This document shows, in pieces, positions 1 to 9,895 of a stretch of 32,000 nt of DNA. The DNA is from Prochlorococcus marinus str. NATL2A (GTDB lineage: Bacteria > Cyanobacteriota > Cyanobacteriia > PCC-6307 > Cyanobiaceae), in assembly GCF_000012465.1 (NCBI RefSeq), contig NC_007335.2, positions 120,001 through 152,000 on the forward strand. Reading direction: 5' to 3'. The notes beneath the pieces are model-generated. The model was given only the letters and a program-made list of their open reading frames with translations, was not told where the DNA came from and searched no databases. Both the position numbers and the translations under genes were made by a program. Positions within the stretch are counted from its first letter, which is position 1, and each line of letters starts with the position of its first letter.

Positions 1-97
1 CGCAATGCTTCGTACTTCTGAAATGCCTCACTAACTTTAATGTGTTGCCATTTCATTTTCGATTCATTTTCATATCATTAACTAATTTATTTTCAAA

Positions 98-1747
98 GTG
101 TTTTCTACAGAATTTACCCAACTTACAGTTAAGTTAAACTCACCTTTTACTGATCAGAAACCAGGTACTTCTGGATTAAGAAAAAGTACTTTGCAGTTCG
201 AAGAGACACATTACCTAGAGAGTTTTATTGAATCAATCTTGTGTTCCCTGCCAGGGGTGCGAGGAGGTGTTTTGGTTGTGGGAGGTGATGGTAGATATGG
301 CAACAAAAGAGCAATTGACATTATTATTAGGATGGCAGCTGCACATGGAATTCAAAAAGTCATAACAACTGTAGATGGGATTTTATCGACCCCTGCAGCT
401 TCGAATTTGATTCGAATTAACAAAGCAATAGGTGGAATTATTTTATCTGCTAGTCATAACCCAGGTGGACTGGAAGGTGATTTTGGAGTCAAGCTAAATG
501 GCTCAAATGGTGGACCTGCCTCAGAATCTTTAACTGATGAAATTTATAATTACTCCAAGAATCTTAAAGAATATAAGATCATAAAATGTCAATCAAATAA
601 TTCTTTTTCACTCGGTAAATATAAATTAGCTTCAATGATTGTCGAGATCATTGATGGAATAGACGATTACTTAGATTTAATGAAAAGAATATTTGATTTT
701 GATTTGATTAGTTCCTATATCAACAATGATTTTCCGATCGTTTTTGATGCATTAAATGCTGTTACAGGTCCATATGCAAAGCGTCTTTTTGTTGATCATT
801 TAGGAGCTACTGCAGAAACAGTAAGAAATGGAATACCTTTGGAAGATTTTGGAGGTCTTCATCCTGATCCAAATTTGACTTATGCAAAAGATCTTGCTGA
901 TTTGCTTTTAAAAGGGAATCTATTTTCCTTCGGAGCAGCTTGTGATGGGGATGGGGATAGAAATATGATTTTAGGACGTGGTTGCTTTGTAAATCCTAGT
1001 GATAGCCTTGCAATCTTGGCTGCTAATTACGATTGTGTACCAGGCTATGCCAAAGGTTTATCGGGTGTGGCTCGTTCCATGCCTACGAGCTCAGCGGTGG
1101 ATGTTGTGGCAAAACATTTAGGGATAAATTGCTTTGAAACGCCTACTGGCTGGAAATTCTTTGGCAATCTCTTGGACGCTAATCAAATCACTCTGTGTGG
1201 AGAGGAGAGCTTTGGTACTGGAAGTGATCATGTAAGAGAGAAAGATGGATTGTGGGCTGTTCTTTTTTGGTTGCAGATACTTGCGTCAAAGAAAAAGTCT
1301 GTTTCTGAGATAATGAAAAATCATTGGCTATTTTTTGGTCGCCATTACTATTCTCGACATGACTATGAATCTATTCCAACTGAAGTTGCAAATTCTCTTT
1401 ATTCAAGATTGAGCAATATGCTTCCCACTTTGATAGATGAATCTTTTGCTGGAAGGACGATTAAAAATGCTGATGATTTTAGCTACACAGATCCAGTTGA
1501 TAGTTCAATTACGCTGAATCAAGGTTTAAGAATTTTATTAGATGATGGTAGTCGAGTGTTAGTTAGACTTTCGGGTACGGGCACTCAAGGAGCCACGTTG
1601 AGAGTTTACTTTGAAAGCTTTGTTCCAAGTGATGGTGATATCACTCAAGACCCTCAGTTAGCTTTGGATCCCTTAATTAAAAGTATTGATTCTCTAGCCG
1701 AGATTTCAAAACGAACTGGGATGTCCGCTCCGACAGTTATTACGTAG
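98..1747 (+). CDS. pgm: Phosphoglucomutase (alpha-D-phosphohexomutase superfamily)
   Basis: 549-aa ORF with a GTG start at 98. Family motifs are readable: TSGLRK near the N-terminus, catalytic-serine loop SASHNPGG, metal-binding GDGDRN, sugar-binding GEESFG and phosphate-binding loop RLSGTGTQG. Confidence 0.9.
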   Translation: MFSTEFTQLTVKLNSPFTDQKPGTSGLRKSTLQFEETHYLESFIESILCSLPGVRGGVLVVGGDGRYGNKRAIDIIIRMAAAHGIQKVITTVDGILSTPAASNLIRINKAIGGIILSASHNPGGLEGDFGVKLNGSNGGPASESLTDEIYNYSKNLKEYKIIKCQSNNSFSLGKYKLASMIVEIIDGIDDYLDLMKRIFDFDLISSYINNDFPIVFDALNAVTGPYAKRLFVDHLGATAETVRNGIPLEDFGGLHPDPNLTYAKDLADLLLKGNLFSFGAACDGDGDRNMILGRGCFVNPSDSLAILAANYDCVPGYAKGLSGVARSMPTSSAVDVVAKHLGINCFETPTGWKFFGNLLDANQITLCGEESFGTGSDHVREKDGLWAVLFWLQILASKKKSVSEIMKNHWLFFGRHYYSRHDYESIPTEVANSLYSRLSNMLPTLIDESFAGRTIKNADDFSYTDPVDSSITLNQGLRILLDDGSRVLVRLSGTGTQGATLRVYFESFVPSDGDITQDPQLALDPLIKSIDSLAEISKRTGMSAPTVIT

Positions 1748-1834
1748 ATCAAAAATTTTCAATTTGAAATCATCAAAACAACTTTATAAGTTTTTTTTTG
1801 CTTTTAGAGTATCAAAAATGTTCATTTATTAGTT

Positions 1835-4039
1835 TTGTCCAAAGATCTGTTTGCTTTTAATGGTGAACAGCTAATTCAGAATAATGCTCCTTTAGCTGAT
1901 CGCTTACGGCCTCAAACACTGGATGAATTTGTTGGCCAAGATCACATTCTTGCTCAAGGACGTTTATTGAGACGTTCAATTGTTGCTGACAAAGTAGGCA
2001 ATTTATTGCTTTATGGACCCCCTGGAGTTGGTAAGACTACTTTGGCTAGGATTATCGCCTTAAATACCTTATCTCACTTTAGTGTCGTTAACGCAGCACT
2101 GGCTGGCATCAAGGATTTGAGATCTGAGATAGAGTCGGCAATCGACAGATTAAATAAATTTGGTAAACGCACAATTTTATTTATTGATGAGGTTCATAGA
2201 TTTAATACTGCTCAACAAGATGCCTTATTACCTTGGGTTGAAAATGGAACTTTGACCCTTATTGGTGCCACAACGGAAAACCCATATTTTGAAGTAAATA
2301 AAGCGTTGGTAAGTAGATCTAGATTATTTCGTTTAAATAGTTTGAATTCAAAAGCATTACATCAATTGCTGCAACGAGCTTTGAATGATAAGAAGAGGGG
2401 ATATGGGTTGAAATTAATCAATTTAGCTAGTGAAGCTGAGGATCATTTGGTTGATGTATGTAATGGCGATGCACGCGTTCTGCTTAATGCGCTGGAACTT
2501 GCTGTAGAGAGCACTATTGCAAATCAAGATACTTCAATCAATATTGATCTCAAGATTGCTGAGGATTCAATTCAAGAACGAGCGGTTTTATACGACAAAA
2601 AAGGTGATGCTCATTTTGATACTATTAGCGCTTTTATTAAGTCATTAAGAGGCTCGGATCCTGATGCGGCATTGTTTTGGCTTGCTCGAATGTTGGAGGC
2701 TGGAGAAAGTCCACGATTCATTTTTAGACGTATGCTCATCGCAGCAGGAGAAGATATTGGTCTTGCTGATCCCAATGCAATTGTCATAGTTGAGTCATGC
2801 GCTGCGGCTTTTGATCGAATAGGTTTGCCAGAGGGTGTTTACCCACTGGCTCAGGCAACCTTGTACTTGGCTTCAACTGAGAAAAGCAATAGTGTTAAGG
2901 CTATTTTTAAGGCAGTTCAGAAAGTTAAAGATTCCCAAAAGCAAAATGTTCCATCTCATCTTAAAGATCCAAATCGAGATCAAGAATCTTTTGGAGATGG
3001 CATGGGTTACAGGTATCCACATTCATTTTCAAAAAATTGGGTTCCACAGCAATATTTGCCAGACACTTTGCTAAACGAGATTTTTTGGGAGCCAACTGAA
3101 CATGGATGGGAAGGGCAAAGACGATCTCTTTTGAATGAGAGAAGATCTCAACAGTTAGCTTCATTAATTGAAGTTGAGCAACAAAATCCTTTAACTATTA
3201 CATCTGGCAAAGTTGATAATGATTTGGATAAATGGTTATCTCGCCAAGTTTTGCAGGAGGGGGAACGATTAAAACATTTGATGACTAAATTATGGTCCGG
3301 CATTACTTGGAAAAAAAATCATAGGGTTTTAGTTTTAGCGCCTAGTTCTTTGCTTTGGTCTTTAAAGCCTTTAAGAGAGGCATCTGAAGGGGGCGTTGTT
3401 TTGGCTGTATCAGAGGATAATCATCCCAAGTTATTAGCTGAATTAGAAGTTTTAGCGCCTATGGAGCGACCTGTCTTAATTGATTCAAAAGTTGAATCAA
3501 TTAAAAAATTAGAAGACAATCTCAAATTTGAGCTAATTGGAGGAAGGATTCCTTGGAAAGTTTTTTCTGCAACAAATTTTTTTGAATTGTGGCCGATTCT
3601 TACTGAAAAATGTACGGAGAATACAGAATTAAGTTTGATTATAAGTAACCCATGTTATGGCCCTGCCTTTTCTTTAAAGAAAAGATTAGAGCTTTATAGT
3701 AACAAGAAAAATACTGATTTTTCATTCTTGAGTGATTTAATTTGTAAAGAGGAGAAGTGGTTAAATAAGCAAGAACATAAAAAGAAATTTATTCTACAAT
3801 TAGAAAAATTAGGCTGGAATATTTCTTTTGAAGAATGGACTGAGTTTATATATCAAAAAGTTGATAATACTATAATTAAAAGGTGGCTTAATCAGGGAAG
3901 TGAGTATCGAGAAATTATTCTCGAAAATTGTGAGGAAGAAACATTAATTCGATTGCAAGAATTATTTAAAAGATTGGATGGCCAGACTATAAAACAGAAG
4001 CTTATACATACTAAATTTCTTGCTAAGAATAGTAATTAA
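1835..4039 (+). CDS. rarA: Replication-associated recombination protein RarA/MgsA (AAA+ ATPase) fused to a ~290-aa C-terminal domain of unknown function
   Basis: 734-aa ORF with a TTG start. N-terminal ~445 aa carry Walker [10 protein letters not shown], Walker [11 protein letters not shown] and sensor-1-like GATTENP. They also carry the MgsA C-terminal helical region [33 protein letters not shown]. Typical RarA is ~440 aa, and the remaining ~290 aa have no motif I recognise. Confidence 0.85.
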   Translation: MSKDLFAFNGEQLIQNNAPLADRLRPQTLDEFVGQDHILAQGRLLRRSIVADKVGNLLLYGPPGVGKTTLARIIALNTLSHFSVVNAALAGIKDLRSEIESAIDRLNKFGKRTILFIDEVHRFNTAQQDALLPWVENGTLTLIGATTENPYFEVNKALVSRSRLFRLNSLNSKALHQLLQRALNDKKRGYGLKLINLASEAEDHLVDVCNGDARVLLNALELAVESTIANQDTSINIDLKIAEDSIQERAVLYDKKGDAHFDTISAFIKSLRGSDPDAALFWLARMLEAGESPRFIFRRMLIAAGEDIGLADPNAIVIVESCAAAFDRIGLPEGVYPLAQATLYLASTEKSNSVKAIFKAVQKVKDSQKQNVPSHLKDPNRDQESFGDGMGYRYPHSFSKNWVPQQYLPDTLLNEIFWEPTEHGWEGQRRSLLNERRSQQLASLIEVEQQNPLTITSGKVDNDLDKWLSRQVLQEGERLKHLMTKLWSGITWKKNHRVLVLAPSSLLWSLKPLREASEGGVVLAVSEDNHPKLLAELEVLAPMERPVLIDSKVESIKKLEDNLKFELIGGRIPWKVFSATNFFELWPILTEKCTENTELSLIISNPCYGPAFSLKKRLELYSNKKNTDFSFLSDLICKEEKWLNKQEHKKKFILQLEKLGWNISFEEWTEFIYQKVDNTIIKRWLNQGSEYREIILENCEEETLIRLQELFKRLDGQTIKQKLIHTKFLAKNSN

Positions 4040-4728
4040 TCAACGCAAATTATTGGTTTACATGTTATCGAATCTTCATCTAATGCAATTGCATACGTCC
4101 ATTGATCATAATTTTGTTCGTAAACTTTTACTTTGTGACCAAGTTTTTTATGATGTGCAAATGATGATTTATTCTTCCAAATCCATTGATTGATATTATT
4201 CGCTATTTTCCCTCTCTGCCATTTAACTGCGGCTTCTTTTATTACCCATCTTTTAAGTACTAGTTCTTTTGCTTGGCATGGCGATAAATTTTCTATTTCG
4301 TAATTCTCATATTGAGTGAAAAAACGTTTTGATAATTTATAAGCTTGAATTTCTCTATCCTTTCTTTCAATATCAACCCCAATTTTTCCTGAGGACCATC
4401 CAATTAATAAAGCATCAGAACAGTGACTCATACTGATATTCCCCCATCCTTCCGCCAATAAAGGCGGTTCTCCAGGATCGGCTTTGAGGGGTATATCTAG
4501 AGGACCTAATCCTGTAATGTTGGACATGACATGTCTTAGGCAGCCTCTAGAAAAATGATAAATCAAACCTCTGCTTGGTGCTAACTTTTGAACCCATTTT
4601 TTTTCTTCGCTGCTTATTGGTAAAAGTTTTGATGGCATCAAAAAAAGCCAAAGACCTAGTACTCTTTTATTGTTTAGTTGAGTTGTTATCATGACTCTCT
4701 GTATAGGCGATTCTGCACCAGATTTCAC
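4036..4728 (-). CDS. 4'-phosphopantetheinyl transferase, Sfp/HetI type
   Basis: 230-aa ORF with PPTase motifs GVDIE(RKD) and WVIKEAAVKW, plus the N-terminal LW..L...LSSEEK pattern typical of Sfp/HetI-type enzymes. The start is uncertain, either ATG 4728 or ATG 4692. Either choice overlaps the divergent bcp start. Confidence 0.7.
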   Translation of the reverse strand: MKSGAESPIQRVMITTQLNNKRVLGLWLFLMPSKLLPISSEEKKWVQKLAPSRGLIYHFSRGCLRHVMSNITGLGPLDIPLKADPGEPPLLAEGWGNISMSHCSDALLIGWSSGKIGVDIERKDREIQAYKLSKRFFTQYENYEIENLSPCQAKELVLKRWVIKEAAVKWQRGKIANNINQWIWKNKSSFAHHKKLGHKVKVYEQNYDQWTYAIALDEDSITCKPIICVD

Positions 4729-5158
4729 TCTTCCTAATCAAGATGGTGTGAATATCAGTCTCTCATCATTCCAAGGATCGAGAGTAGTAATTTATTTTTA
4801 TCCAAAGGATGATACTCCTGGATGCACTAAGGAAGCTTGCAGTTTTAGAGATAATTGGGAGCTTTTCAAATCAAACAATATTCAAGTTTTAGGAATTAGT
4901 AAGGATGCCTCAAAATCGCATATAAAGTTCATTGATAAACATAAATTACCTTTTACACTTTTAACCGATAGTGACCCATGTCCTGTTGCGGCATCATACG
5001 AAAGTTATGGCTTGAAGAAATTTATGGGTAGAGAGTATTATGGAATGATGAGACACACTTTCGTTGTAAACAAAGACGGGAAAATTGAATTAATATACTT
5101 AAAAGTAAAATCAGATAATATGGCTAATCAGATTTTAAATGATCTTAAATTGAATTAA
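4691..5158 (+). CDS. bcp: Peroxiredoxin, Bcp/PrxQ type (bacterioferritin comigratory protein)
   Basis: 155-aa ORF. It has the thioredoxin-fold AhpC/TSA pattern FYPKDDTPGCTKEAC, with the peroxidatic Cys in TPGCT and a second Cys five residues later, as in Bcp/PrxQ. Confidence 0.9.
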   Translation: MTLCIGDSAPDFTLPNQDGVNISLSSFQGSRVVIYFYPKDDTPGCTKEACSFRDNWELFKSNNIQVLGISKDASKSHIKFIDKHKLPFTLLTDSDPCPVAASYESYGLKKFMGREYYGMMRHTFVVNKDGKIELIYLKVKSDNMANQILNDLKLN

Positions 5159-5888
5159 TTTTTTTGTATACATCAATCATTCCTTCTAGAACTAGATTGG
5201 GAGAATGATTGATGTCAATGTTTGTATTTTTGAGTTCATTTAATATGATTGGAGCATCACCTCCGCACATCCATATAGGTAATTTAGTCTCCTCAAAAAG
5301 TGTTAAGATTAATCCTATTAGCGCATTCATTGACCCTCTTATCATTGCATTATGAGTCTCATATTGAAATGTTTCAGTTGGGATTTTTTTAACAATGGGA
5401 GTTTCTAAATTCATTGCACGGTTTGACATTGAAGATAATTGAAGGCTGAAACCGGAAATTAGTTGGCCCCCAATGAATTCTCCTTTGTTTGATACTTTTG
5501 TGACGCTTAATATTGTTCCTGCGTCTATCACAATTAAATCTTGTTCTTTGCTTTTTAAAAATGATTGTTTTTTAAAAGCACTCCATGAAGAAAGAGCTCT
5601 GTCAATTCCTAAATTAGTTGGAAGATTGTTTAGGGGAACATTGTCTAAAGTTATTTCTTTTGAAGGGCATAATTTAATATCCTCAGGGATGGGACCAACG
5701 GAGGCCCAAGTTAATTGAGAATAATCCTTATCTTTAAATTCGATTGGATTTGGTGAGGTATGAAAATATTTCCAATCTTTTTTAACTTTGTTTGCCCAAT
5801 GCCATCTTGTATTGCCAATCATTAGGAAATTTTCTTCTGAGTACACGAGTTTATTCCTTGTTATTACGTATTTAAATGGATTCCACAT
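5145..5888 (-). CDS. coaX: Type III pantothenate kinase-like protein (CoaX/Baf family)
   Basis: 247-aa ORF. ASKHA/CoaX-like blocks are IGNTRWHWA (phosphate-1 region), LGIDRAL, LIVIDAGTILSV (phosphate-2), GEFIGGQLISG and WMCGGDAP (adenosine motif). The start is uncertain, either ATG 5888 (overlaps the cysH 3' end by 25 nt) or in-frame GTG 5846. Confidence 0.7.
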   Translation of the reverse strand: MWNPFKYVITRNKLVYSEENFLMIGNTRWHWANKVKKDWKYFHTSPNPIEFKDKDYSQLTWASVGPIPEDIKLCPSKEITLDNVPLNNLPTNLGIDRALSSWSAFKKQSFLKSKEQDLIVIDAGTILSVTKVSNKGEFIGGQLISGFSLQLSSMSNRAMNLETPIVKKIPTETFQYETHNAMIRGSMNALIGLILTLFEETKLPIWMCGGDAPIILNELKNTNIDINHSPNLVLEGMIDVYKKINSI

Positions 5889-6631
5889 TCTTCACTGAGA
5901 CCTCCAAATCTCGTTGACCTTCCTTTGGTATTAGTATTTTCTGCTCCGCTTGAATGCCAATCTCCTACAGTGGAATAACCTTGTTCAAATAATGGATGTT
6001 GAGGTAATTTATTTTTCTCCATGTAATAGAAAATATCTTTTTTAGACCAGGTTAAAAGTGGTCGGAGCGTTAAACGTTCTCTAATGCAATCGATATTAGA
6101 CATTGATTGTCTGTTCTGGGTTTGGCCTTTTCTCACGCCACTTGCCCAGCAGAGAACGTTGAGGTCTGAGAAGGCTTTTTCAAGAGGTGCAACTTTCCGA
6201 ATCTGATGATATTTATCAAGATCTTTTTGTACTCCTGTTTCCCACAGACGACCATTTAAGGCCTCCATTCTCGCTGGAGATACGGGACTTTGGGCAATTA
6301 CTAAATTTAATTCGAAAAGTGTTGTTAATTTTTCTGCGTAATCATATGTTTCTTTTGGCAAATAGCCAGTATCAACCCAAATAACTTTTGGCTTTTGACT
6401 GGATTTCAATTCCTTCGTCATGTGAAGCAAGACAGCGGATTGGATCCCAAAACTTGTGGTAACAACAAAGCTCTCATCAAATTCCTCAAAAGCCCATTGA
6501 AGTTGATCCTGAGGGGAGAGTTTCTCTAGATCTTTGCTTGTCTCATTAATTGATTTCATCAGAGCAGGTTGAGGCAATTGAGCGGCGTTTCTCAAATCAT
6601 TGATGTAATTGTCTTTAGATTCTTTCTTCAT
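5864..6631 (-). CDS. cysH: Phosphoadenosine phosphosulfate (PAPS) reductase, thioredoxin-dependent
   Basis: 255-aa ORF. It has the PAPS-reductase fold pattern (VVTTSFGIQSAVLLHM, VIWVDTGYLPKETY), the C-terminal catalytic ECGIH motif and YSTVGDWHSS. It lacks the CC...CxxC Fe-S cysteines of APS reductases, which favours the PAPS type. Confidence 0.9.
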   Translation of the reverse strand: MKKESKDNYINDLRNAAQLPQPALMKSINETSKDLEKLSPQDQLQWAFEEFDESFVVTTSFGIQSAVLLHMTKELKSSQKPKVIWVDTGYLPKETYDYAEKLTTLFELNLVIAQSPVSPARMEALNGRLWETGVQKDLDKYHQIRKVAPLEKAFSDLNVLCWASGVRKGQTQNRQSMSNIDCIRERLTLRPLLTWSKKDIFYYMEKNKLPQHPLFEQGYSTVGDWHSSGAENTNTKGRSTRFGGLSEECGIHLNT

Positions 6632-6702
6632 GTTTGAGTTTTGAATGCCGAATTAGTCAAAGTTTGTTTAGGGTCTTTGAAATCATCTTAGATCCAGTCC
6701 AT

Positions 6703-7875
6703 ATGGACTTGAACAATTTGAAATCTGATCCAATTGTTGTTGTTGGTGGTGGCTTCGGAGGACTCTCCACTGTCCAAGCATTATTAGCTCGGTCGAATGG
6801 AATACCAATCATTTTGATTGATCAAAGCCCAAGATTTCTTTTTAAGCCATTGCTTTATGAATTATTAAGTGGTGAGCTTCAATTATGGGAGGTTGCACCT
6901 AAATATTCTGCTTTAGCTTCAGAATTAGGATTTATTTTTTTAGAAGAGTGTGTTGTTGAAGTTGATGGACTAGAGAGAAAGTTAATTACTTCATCGGGGA
7001 CTGAAGTTACATACTCTCAACTTGTCATAAGCACTGGAGTAACAACTGATTTTTCTCTTCTCCGAAATTTGAAAGAATATGCGTACGGTTTCTCTAGTTT
7101 GAATGATCTCGTAAGAATTCAAGAGTTAATAATCTCAATCAATAATTCTTCTAACCACTCCGATCCTTTGATTATCGCTGGAGCAGGACCAACTGGTGTT
7201 GAGCTCGCATGCAAATTATCTGATTTAGTTAATAACAGAGTAGACATATATTTGGTTGATAAAGGAAATAAAATTTTATCTAAATCCAAATCTTTTAATA
7301 GGGAAAAAGCAATAGATGCAATAGCTGAGAGAAATATCAAGATTTATTTGGAACATTATATTCAATCAATAAATGAAAATATTATAGAACTTTCTACTGT
7401 TGAGACCGAAAGAAATAATTCTCTAAAAATTAATTATTCTGGCTTGTTGTGGACTGCTGGGTTAAGCCCTTGTCGGTTACAATTTATAGATCATCTTTTA
7501 GATGAAAATAAGAAGATTAAAGTAAACAAATTTTTGCAAATAAAAGAATATCAGAATATTTTTTTTGTTGGAGATATCGTATTTTGTGAGGACGATCCTT
7601 TTCCTTCTTCAGCTCAAGTAGCAATGCAGCAGGGTTTTTTAACAGCTCAAAATATTATTTCTCTAAGAAAAGGCAACAAACTTAAATCATTTCAATTTGA
7701 AGATCTTGGAGAAATGTTGAGTCTAGGTATTGGAAATGCATCAATAACGGGTTATGGAGTTACTTTGGCAGGATCTCTTGCTTTCAAAATAAGGCATTTT
7801 GCATATTTAATGCGAATGCCAGGTTTTTCTCTATCTTTGAAATCTGCAGGTTCTCGGTTATTAAGTAAAAAATAA
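6703..7875 (+). CDS. Type II NADH dehydrogenase (NDH-2) / FAD-dependent pyridine nucleotide-disulfide oxidoreductase
   Basis: The track ORF starts at TTG 6634. ATG 6703 (MDLNNLKSDPIVVVGGGFGGL) places the first dinucleotide-binding GGGFGG at the usual N-terminal position. A second Rossmann motif is IIAGAGPTGVELA, and there is an FFVGD motif. Confidence 0.8.
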   Translation: MDLNNLKSDPIVVVGGGFGGLSTVQALLARSNGIPIILIDQSPRFLFKPLLYELLSGELQLWEVAPKYSALASELGFIFLEECVVEVDGLERKLITSSGTEVTYSQLVISTGVTTDFSLLRNLKEYAYGFSSLNDLVRIQELIISINNSSNHSDPLIIAGAGPTGVELACKLSDLVNNRVDIYLVDKGNKILSKSKSFNREKAIDAIAERNIKIYLEHYIQSINENIIELSTVETERNNSLKINYSGLLWTAGLSPCRLQFIDHLLDENKKIKVNKFLQIKEYQNIFFVGDIVFCEDDPFPSSAQVAMQQGFLTAQNIISLRKGNKLKSFQFEDLGEMLSLGIGNASITGYGVTLAGSLAFKIRHFAYLMRMPGFSLSLKSAGSRLLSKK

Positions 7876-7974
7876 TTAATCGTTTATTTTCTCAATATCC
7901 TCAGTTCCTTTTCACAGTATTCTTAAAATCAATACTTGGACAGAGTCAGTTGAAAAGGTTATTAATTAAATAAT

Positions 7975-9792
7975 ATGAATGAGATATTCACTGTCTTAGA
8001 GAATCCCAAAGCTGTCATAACTTTGGCAGTGTTAATTATTGCTGTTTTTTTGTTCGTAAGCAGTGCGCTAGCTCCTGAACTGACTGGACTTTTGAGCGTT
8101 GCATTATTGATGGCTACAGGAGTTCTTTCCCCTCAAAAAGCATTGGCTGGTTTTGGAAGCCCTGCGTTGATTACATTGATGGGTTTATTTGCTGTTTCTG
8201 CGGCACTTTTTAAAAGTGGTGCCCTTGATCGTTTAAGGGAGTTAATTGCTTCTGACAGTATTCGAACTCCGCGCAGATTGATCGCTTTGCTCGGATTAGT
8301 TGTTGCTCCTGTCTCAGGTGTCGTTCCCAATACTCCTGTGGTTGCTTCACTTTTACCAGTAATCGAAGCTTGGTGCGTCAAGCGAAAACTATCTCCATCA
8401 CGTGTATTGTTACCATTATCTTTTGCGACAGTATTAGGTGGGACTTTAACTCTTTTAGGCAGTTCAGTGAATTTGTTGGTCAGCGATATTAGTGATCAAC
8501 TTGGTTACGGTCCCTTTGATTTATTTACTTTTACAGCAATAGGAGTACCTATATGGTTATTTGGGACAGCATATATGTTGCTGGCTCCACAATCTTTATT
8601 GCCAGATAGAGGGAGAATTAGCTCAGAGTACGGAGGAAGTTCGGATCAAACTGGTTATTTTACCGAAGTCACAATTCCTTCTGATTCTGAACTTGTTGGA
8701 CATTCATTGAGAAATAGCCGCTTACAAAGAAGATTTGATGTTGATGTTCTAGAAATACAGCGAGAGAATGAAATACTTTTACCACCTTTGGCCGATCGGA
8801 TAATTCAGTCTGGTGATCGGTTGTTGATAAGAATTACGCGCTCTGATCTTTTGCGTTTAAAACAAGAACATACTGTTCAGTTAAATAAAAACTTAAGTAT
8901 TGAAAAAAAATTTTTTCTGTCCAACATTGATGAAAGCCAACAAACGGTAGAGGTTCTTTTACCAGCTGGTTCAACCTTGGCTGGGGCAAGTTTGCGTGAA
9001 CTGCGATTTAGACAAAGACACAATGCTACTGTTTTGGCCTTAAGACGAGGTCAGCAAACTGTTCAAGAGAGATTGGGGCAAGCAATTTTGAGAGAAGGAG
9101 ACGTATTACTCTTACAAGCTCCAAGAGATTCAATTCGTGGATTACAGGATAGTAATGACCTTCTTGTTTTAGATCAATTTGAGAATGATCTACCCACGGT
9201 TACAAGAAAACCGATAGCAATTGGCATCGCAATCGCAATGTTGATTATTCCCTCAATTACTGACTTGCCTCTAGTAGCCTCAGTTCTAATGGCAGTGATT
9301 GCTATGGTCTGGGGAGGATGTTTAAGACCCGCAGAGGTACAAAGATCAATCCGACTTGACGTCATTCTTTTGCTTGGATCTCTTTCTAGTTTTAGTGTCG
9401 CAATGCAGACCACTGGTCTTGCTGATGCTTTTGCCAATATTTTAATTTTAATATTAGAAGACTTATCTACTTATTCAGCCTTACTAGTAATTTTCCTCTC
9501 TACTACAATATTTACTCAATTTGTTAGTAATGCTGCTTCAGTGGCTCTTTTGGCGCCAATTGCTGTTCAATTAGCCCCAAGTATGGGGCTACCTCCTTTA
9601 GCTTTATTGATAACAGTTCTTTTTGGCGCCAGTCAATCTTTTCTTACTCCTATGGGTTACCAGACAAACCTTATGGTATTTGGCCCTGGGCGTTATCAGT
9701 TTTTAGATGTCACCAGATACGGAGCTGGGTTGACCATCTTGATGACGCTTCTTGTCCCTGGGTTGATATTGCTAAAGTATGGTATTTCTTAA
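7975..9792 (+). CDS. DASS/SLC13-type anion permease with two internal TrkA-C (RCK_C) domains
   Basis: 605-aa polytopic membrane ORF. The central soluble insert holds two repeats with the TrkA-C pattern. They are VTIPSDSELVGHSLRNSRLQRRFDVDVLEIQRE...GDRLLIR and VEVLLPAGSTLAGASLRELRFRQRHNATVLALRRG...GDVLLLQAP. Hydrophobic transporter halves flank the insert. Confidence 0.8.
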   Translation: MNEIFTVLENPKAVITLAVLIIAVFLFVSSALAPELTGLLSVALLMATGVLSPQKALAGFGSPALITLMGLFAVSAALFKSGALDRLRELIASDSIRTPRRLIALLGLVVAPVSGVVPNTPVVASLLPVIEAWCVKRKLSPSRVLLPLSFATVLGGTLTLLGSSVNLLVSDISDQLGYGPFDLFTFTAIGVPIWLFGTAYMLLAPQSLLPDRGRISSEYGGSSDQTGYFTEVTIPSDSELVGHSLRNSRLQRRFDVDVLEIQRENEILLPPLADRIIQSGDRLLIRITRSDLLRLKQEHTVQLNKNLSIEKKFFLSNIDESQQTVEVLLPAGSTLAGASLRELRFRQRHNATVLALRRGQQTVQERLGQAILREGDVLLLQAPRDSIRGLQDSNDLLVLDQFENDLPTVTRKPIAIGIAIAMLIIPSITDLPLVASVLMAVIAMVWGGCLRPAEVQRSIRLDVILLLGSLSSFSVAMQTTGLADAFANILILILEDLSTYSALLVIFLSTTIFTQFVSNAASVALLAPIAVQLAPSMGLPPLALLITVLFGASQSFLTPMGYQTNLMVFGPGRYQFLDVTRYGAGLTILMTLLVPGLILLKYGIS

Positions 9793-9895
9793 ATATGTTG
9801 GATATGATTATTAACTTAGGAAAAAATTTAAAGCTTCCATTTGATTTTGATTATTTAATCTTTTCAGAATTAGTCTCAATCTATTTTCAAAAAAA

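Noticed and set aside
1-56. Minus-strand frame starting at ATG 56 (MKWQHIKVSEAFQKYEAL...) that stays open to the window edge, divergent from pgm
   Set aside because: Only 18 codons are visible, so coding potential or identity cannot be assessed. It may be the 5' end of a real neighbouring gene.
1780-1799. AACTT-TAT-AAGTT hairpin followed by a 9-T run after pgm, as a possible terminator
   Set aside because: The 5-bp all-weak stem with a 3-nt loop is thermodynamically marginal. T-runs are common in this AT-rich DNA, so it is not reported as a feature.
2835-3164. Two short ORFs (79 aa plus-strand out of frame, 67 aa minus strand) inside the rarA-fusion gene
   Set aside because: They are nested entirely within a much longer ORF with clear AAA+/MgsA motifs. 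Their translations are low-complexity or basic with no motifs, as is typical of shadow frames.
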